This document shows positions 47,083 to 51,293 of a stretch of DNA of 51,293 nt, piece by piece. Source of the stretch: Macrostomum lignano (Eukaryota); NCBI GenBank assembly GCA_002269645.1, contig NIVC01004299.1, forward strand, positions 1 through 51,293, in the 5' to 3' direction. The notes below the pieces were generated by a model. The model worked only from the letters and a program-made list of their open reading frames with translations, made no database searches and was not told where the DNA came from. The translations under genes were made by a program, and so were the position numbers. Each line of letters begins with the position of its first letter. Within the stretch, counting starts at the first letter, position 1.

Positions 47083-48331
47083 TTGAGAAAGGAGAGATGA
47101 TAGAGTAAAGGGAAGAGGAGGAGAGAAAAAAGAGATGAGATGAGAGAGATGAGAGAGATGAAAGGAAAGATGAGAGATGAAGGAAGAGAGAGCAGAGTGC
47201 AGAGAGACGAGAGAAGAGAATAAAGGGGAGAGAGTATAGAAGAGGGAAGAGAAGAGAGGAGTAAGGAAAGAGAGGAGTCAGAAGAGGGGAAAGAGAAGAG
47301 TACACAGTAGAGAGGAGAGTAGAGATGACAGAAGAGAGAGGGAAATGAGAGAGCAAAGATGGGAGTGAACAGACGATATAATTGAGAGGAGAGAGGAGAG
47401 TGGAGAGAGAAGAGAGAAGACAAGAGAGGGAGAGAGTATAGAAGAGAGAAGAGAAAAGATGAGAAGGAAGAAGAAAGGAAAGAGAGTCCTGAGTCAAAAA
47501 GGGGAAAGAGAGGAGTACAAGAAGAGAGAGGTGAGAGAACATATGAGAATAAAGATGACAGATGAGAGAGGGGAGATGAGAGAGCAGAAACCAGAGTGAA
47601 CAGACAAGAGATGGGAGAGTAGAGAGAAGAGAGGAGAGATAAGAAATAAGAGATGAGATGTGGAGACAAGGGAGAGATGAGAAGTGAGTGAAGAGAGAGG
47701 AGGGGAAGGGAGAGAATTGAGAGGACAGGGGAAATTGGTGAAAAGGACGAGAGAGGAGAGGAAAGAGAGGAGAGATTAGTGAGAAGAGAGATAGGACAGG
47801 AGAGAGCATAGAGAAGAGAGGAGAGAGAGAAGAGAAATGAGAAAAGATAAGAGAGAGAGAGAAGATAAAAGAAGAGAAATGAGATATAAGAGAGCAAAGA
47901 CGAGAGAGAAGGGAGGTGAGAGAAAAGAATAGAGGGGAGAGGGAAGAGACGAGAGAAGAGGGGAAAGAGGAGAGAGGACAGAGAAGAGAAAAAAGAAGAG
48001 ATAAGAGGAGAAAAAGAGGAGACGAGAGACGTGAGAAAAGATAGGAAACAGAAAAGAAGATGAAAGTTTTAAAGGATGCAAAGTACATAGGGAGAGGCAG
48101 AGGTAGAGGCCAGAGTTTGCCTGACATTCTGCGCAGCACCCTAGCCAACAATATCAATGTTTGCTTCAAATCCTAATTTTACACGAATCTATACTCTATT
48201 TTATGTTTAACTCCATCCTAACTATTAACAAGTTTTTGTTTGAGTTTGACCTCAGATTTTAGATTACATGCAAAAATAATTCTGGGAATGGAGTTCCCCG
48301 GGTTCAAAATCCGCGGGTTTCAACAGCTTGT
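45412..48331 (+). mobile_element. Possible non-autonomous Helitron/HINE-like element
   Basis: Starts TCTGCTACATATAAAAAT followed by a (GT)/GTCT microsatellite and an ACCACTCAACCAAATGACACCAAACTTT block. Ends with the GC hairpin CCCGGG...CCGCGGG and CAGCTTGT, a CTAGT variant. Boundaries are uncertain. Confidence 0.45.
46650..48110 (+). repeat. About 1.4-kb low-complexity polypurine (GA-rich) tract including a pure (GA)n run near 47021-47064
   Basis: Almost only G and A on the + strand. This explains the L/S-rich minus-strand ORFs. Confidence 0.95.
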
Positions 48332-51293
48332 AATGTAATATAATTAACTTAAATATAATATCAGTGTCAGCTAACGATGAAACACTTTCTTTCTTCCTCC
48401 GCCCACATCAATATATCTCCGTGTCCCCCGTAGCCACGCTACTGCATTACATCCAGAGGTCCGCGTTCTAACCGCATTATTCACAGTAGGTAGAAAAAAT
48501 ACATATTTAATACTGTAAGAACTAAGAACAGTACTAACGTATTGTATGGTAAGAGAAGTCTTTATTGTAACCTTTGTGCATGAGAATTTTTCCACTGAAA
48601 TGCTAGGCCTATCTAGCCTATCTTCCTGGCTGTATGCCTGTATCATATTCATATGGTCTAGTCTGACTAAATCAGTATTGTATGGCTACTGTAATGTATG
48701 CTAATGCTAGATTTGATTTAGGAAAAACTCACTTCATGTATTACTAATTCTTTTTTAATTACTTAGGCCTAGGCCCTAGGCTATACTATTACTAGACACA
48801 TTCCATAGTCATCATAAGCTGTCTTATTGAATTATGGTTACTTTGGTGCCAAATGTGTATAGTATAGAGCATTGCTGCCAAAAATAGGGAGTCTAGTGAG
48901 ATGTTAATTTTTTTAATTTGTCTCTTTTTTGATACCATGGCATGTGATAGACATTTATTGTATAAGTAAAATGAAACCTTAGTTTTGATTTTGGTCAAGT
49001 AATAAAAAAGTTTGAACACTTTTAATGTCATATTTTTTTTAATTTCTATAGCCATGTGACGTTGATGGTTTCTTTTGTCTTGCCAGTTTGTCAGTTGGTA
49101 GCTCGTATCAGCTGGAATATTTAATGTGTAATCTGGTTATTTCAATGAGTTGTATTTTTATGTTTGCTGACAATGGTTGGGACTTTGTTTTACTGGGTTG
49201 GCAATACTTTATTTAACATTTGAATTCTGTGGCTTTGGAGAAGAGGGATCTAGGGTTCGTGCTTGTCTGTTAAAACTACCGCTTGCAAGTTCATTTTTTC
49301 AATCATTATTAAAGAATGCTTCCCGCTAGATCTTAAACTGCATTCAGTCTAAGTACCGTGTTCTCCACAAGATCATATCTTCCAAAGCCACCCACCTGAT
49401 CCGTTACTTTGCTATCAGTTGCAAGCGAATATTATACTTCTTCCAACCGTGTTTGAGAGAAAAAATACAAATAATCCAATAATGGCCAGTTGTCATCAAT
49501 CAATCAAGGTTCTACGTGTTTGTCGCTAATTTGAATACATGTAGCAGCCCGTCAGCACGTGAACTCTTACATCAGATCAGATATATTTGTCACAGCCATA
49601 GCCTAATGGCTAATGCAATTTCCTATAAGGCACTATGAACATTTTTTCCTTAAGAGGTCTGATTTTTCAAGTTATAGGCCTAAAGGATATAACTTTTGAA
49701 CTAGGCCCCTATTCAGGGGATTTTCATTCCTAATAGTAATGTCAATAGTAAGAGCCTAGTGTGTGGATCATGTACCTGTGTATGCTGGAAAAATTTGGGT
49801 GTCAAGGACTTTGTATGCCAGTGAATGCAAAAAACAAAAAGTTGCACTAATGTACACCAAAAAATTTTAAAAAAGGTCATCCGGTTTTTACAAATAGAGT
49901 TTTCTAAGAAAGGCTTTTGTATGAAAAGTGTTTTTAAAATATTACAAATATTTTTAAATTAAACAAACTTAAATTATAACTACAAAAAATATGATGCAAA
50001 ATTAATACTCTTAGCAAAAAATTTACACTAATTTTTATTATTAATTTATAAAAGAAGCAAAAAGTTATCACTGACAATTATAAATTTTCCTTTACTTTTG
50101 AGTGGGGCGATTTAGACTTGTTGTGGTCGGGATTGTCTGGTGTTCACTTGATTTAATGTCAAATTGAATGGCTCAGGCCTCTGAATAGGCGCCATTGTTA
50201 ATTTCGCACAAATTAAATCCAAAAATTTGCGTGGGCAAATCCGATAGAAACAACTCGTAGATACCCGTCTGCTGGGCGTCCTCAATCCCGGGGGAAGGTA
50301 GTTTTGGTCGTAGGCAAGCGGTCTTCGTTTGCCGAGCGTTCAAATGGGCGGTCCTTAGACACTGTAAATTTAATGTGTCTCGTATTCTTGTTGTGTTACT
50401 AACAGTAGAGTAGCGCTGCCACCGTAATTTGCATATTACGGAACGTTGAAAAGTCTCAGAGCTTGCTTCAAGGTGAGACTGGTTATTTTATGCCCCACGG
50501 CAAATGACTTAAGTTAATCTATGGTTTTAATCGAAGAACGGATTGTAGTAAATTAATGCGAGTTTATTGCTTAACGAGTTATTACAAAAAGACAGCTAAA
50601 ATATTATACTAATGTCTCACGCGTGTAAATAAGAGACAACTGACGACAGATGATCAGGGGTGCCGCAGTGCGCGACCTTCGCTTAAAGAAAAGTTAAACT
50701 AAATAGTTTTGGTCAGGCAGTAGTTAGTTGAGTTATCTTAAAGTTATTAAACTAGTAAAAAAGGAAATCCCTGAAGGAAGTTATAGAGGGACGTCACAGA
50801 CGGAGACAGGGAGGCAAAGGCGAAGGGGGAAAAGAAGAAGACGAAGAAGAAGACGAACAAACAAAACGAAACGAAAATGCAACGCATGAGGAGAGGGCAG
50901 GCGCAAGGGTGGAATAAATACCGAGACAGGACACAAAAAGGCTGGCAAGGCCAGAAACGGGGAGGGGTGAAAACTCAAAAGGCCAAAAAAGGATTCAACA
51001 AAATTACCCAGAAATACATAGTAAAACAAAAGAAAAAACACAATTTGGTCATATAGCGCCAGAAAATGGGGCAAGGGGGAACAGAAAGGGGCAAAATTAC
51101 GTCATGACTGCACCAGGGAGTAGACTAACGGGGACCAGAATAGGGTACGCATAATTTTATCGTCCAGAAACTGTAATGTTATTAAAATCAATAAAATAAT
51201 TAAAATCAATCAAATAATCAATTGGTGGTACCAACTACCACATGCTTTATTTTATAAATTTAGTACACAATAGATTTTGACCAAGTTTAACTT

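Noticed and set aside
46551-48169. Long minus-strand ORFs of 448 and 511 aa rich in L and S
   Set aside because: Artefacts of the GA-rich tract; its complement rarely forms stop codons.

Overview
Metazoan genomic DNA with GT-AG introns and AT-rich, transposon-littered intergenic regions. The gene content resembles a free-living flatworm such as Macrostomum; this is an inference, not a database result. The ORF track splits the real genes at introns. Joining phase-compatible splice sites gives: (1) a 5'-truncated ankyrin-repeat protein of more than 1650 aa spliced to a C-terminal pseudokinase (1-5377, +); (2) two divergently oriented paralogs encoding secreted PAN/apple + F-type lectin proteins (7706-8668 -, 12813-13579 +); (3) a decayed array of 33-aa ankyrin-like repeats (16450-17700) with a stray copy near 31 kb; (4) an orphan Cys-rich 396-aa gene (21296-22486 -), head-to-head with (5) a predicted 7-exon, 1317-aa gene fusing an unrecognised N-terminal domain, about 9 ankyrin repeats and a cGAS-like/Mab-21 nucleotidyltransferase (23369-30516 +); (6) a young full-length Ty3/gypsy LTR retrotransposon (31612-40279, -) with a 4-bp TSD, a -1 frameshift site and an extra non-env ORF3; (7) remnants of LINE, THAP, MITE and Helitron-like elements and a 1.4-kb purine tract. 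The strongest lead is a possible innate-immune nucleotide-signalling locus pairing an ankyrin-cGLR with an RNase L/ILK-like ankyrin-pseudokinase. All gene models are predictions from sequence alone, without transcript evidence.
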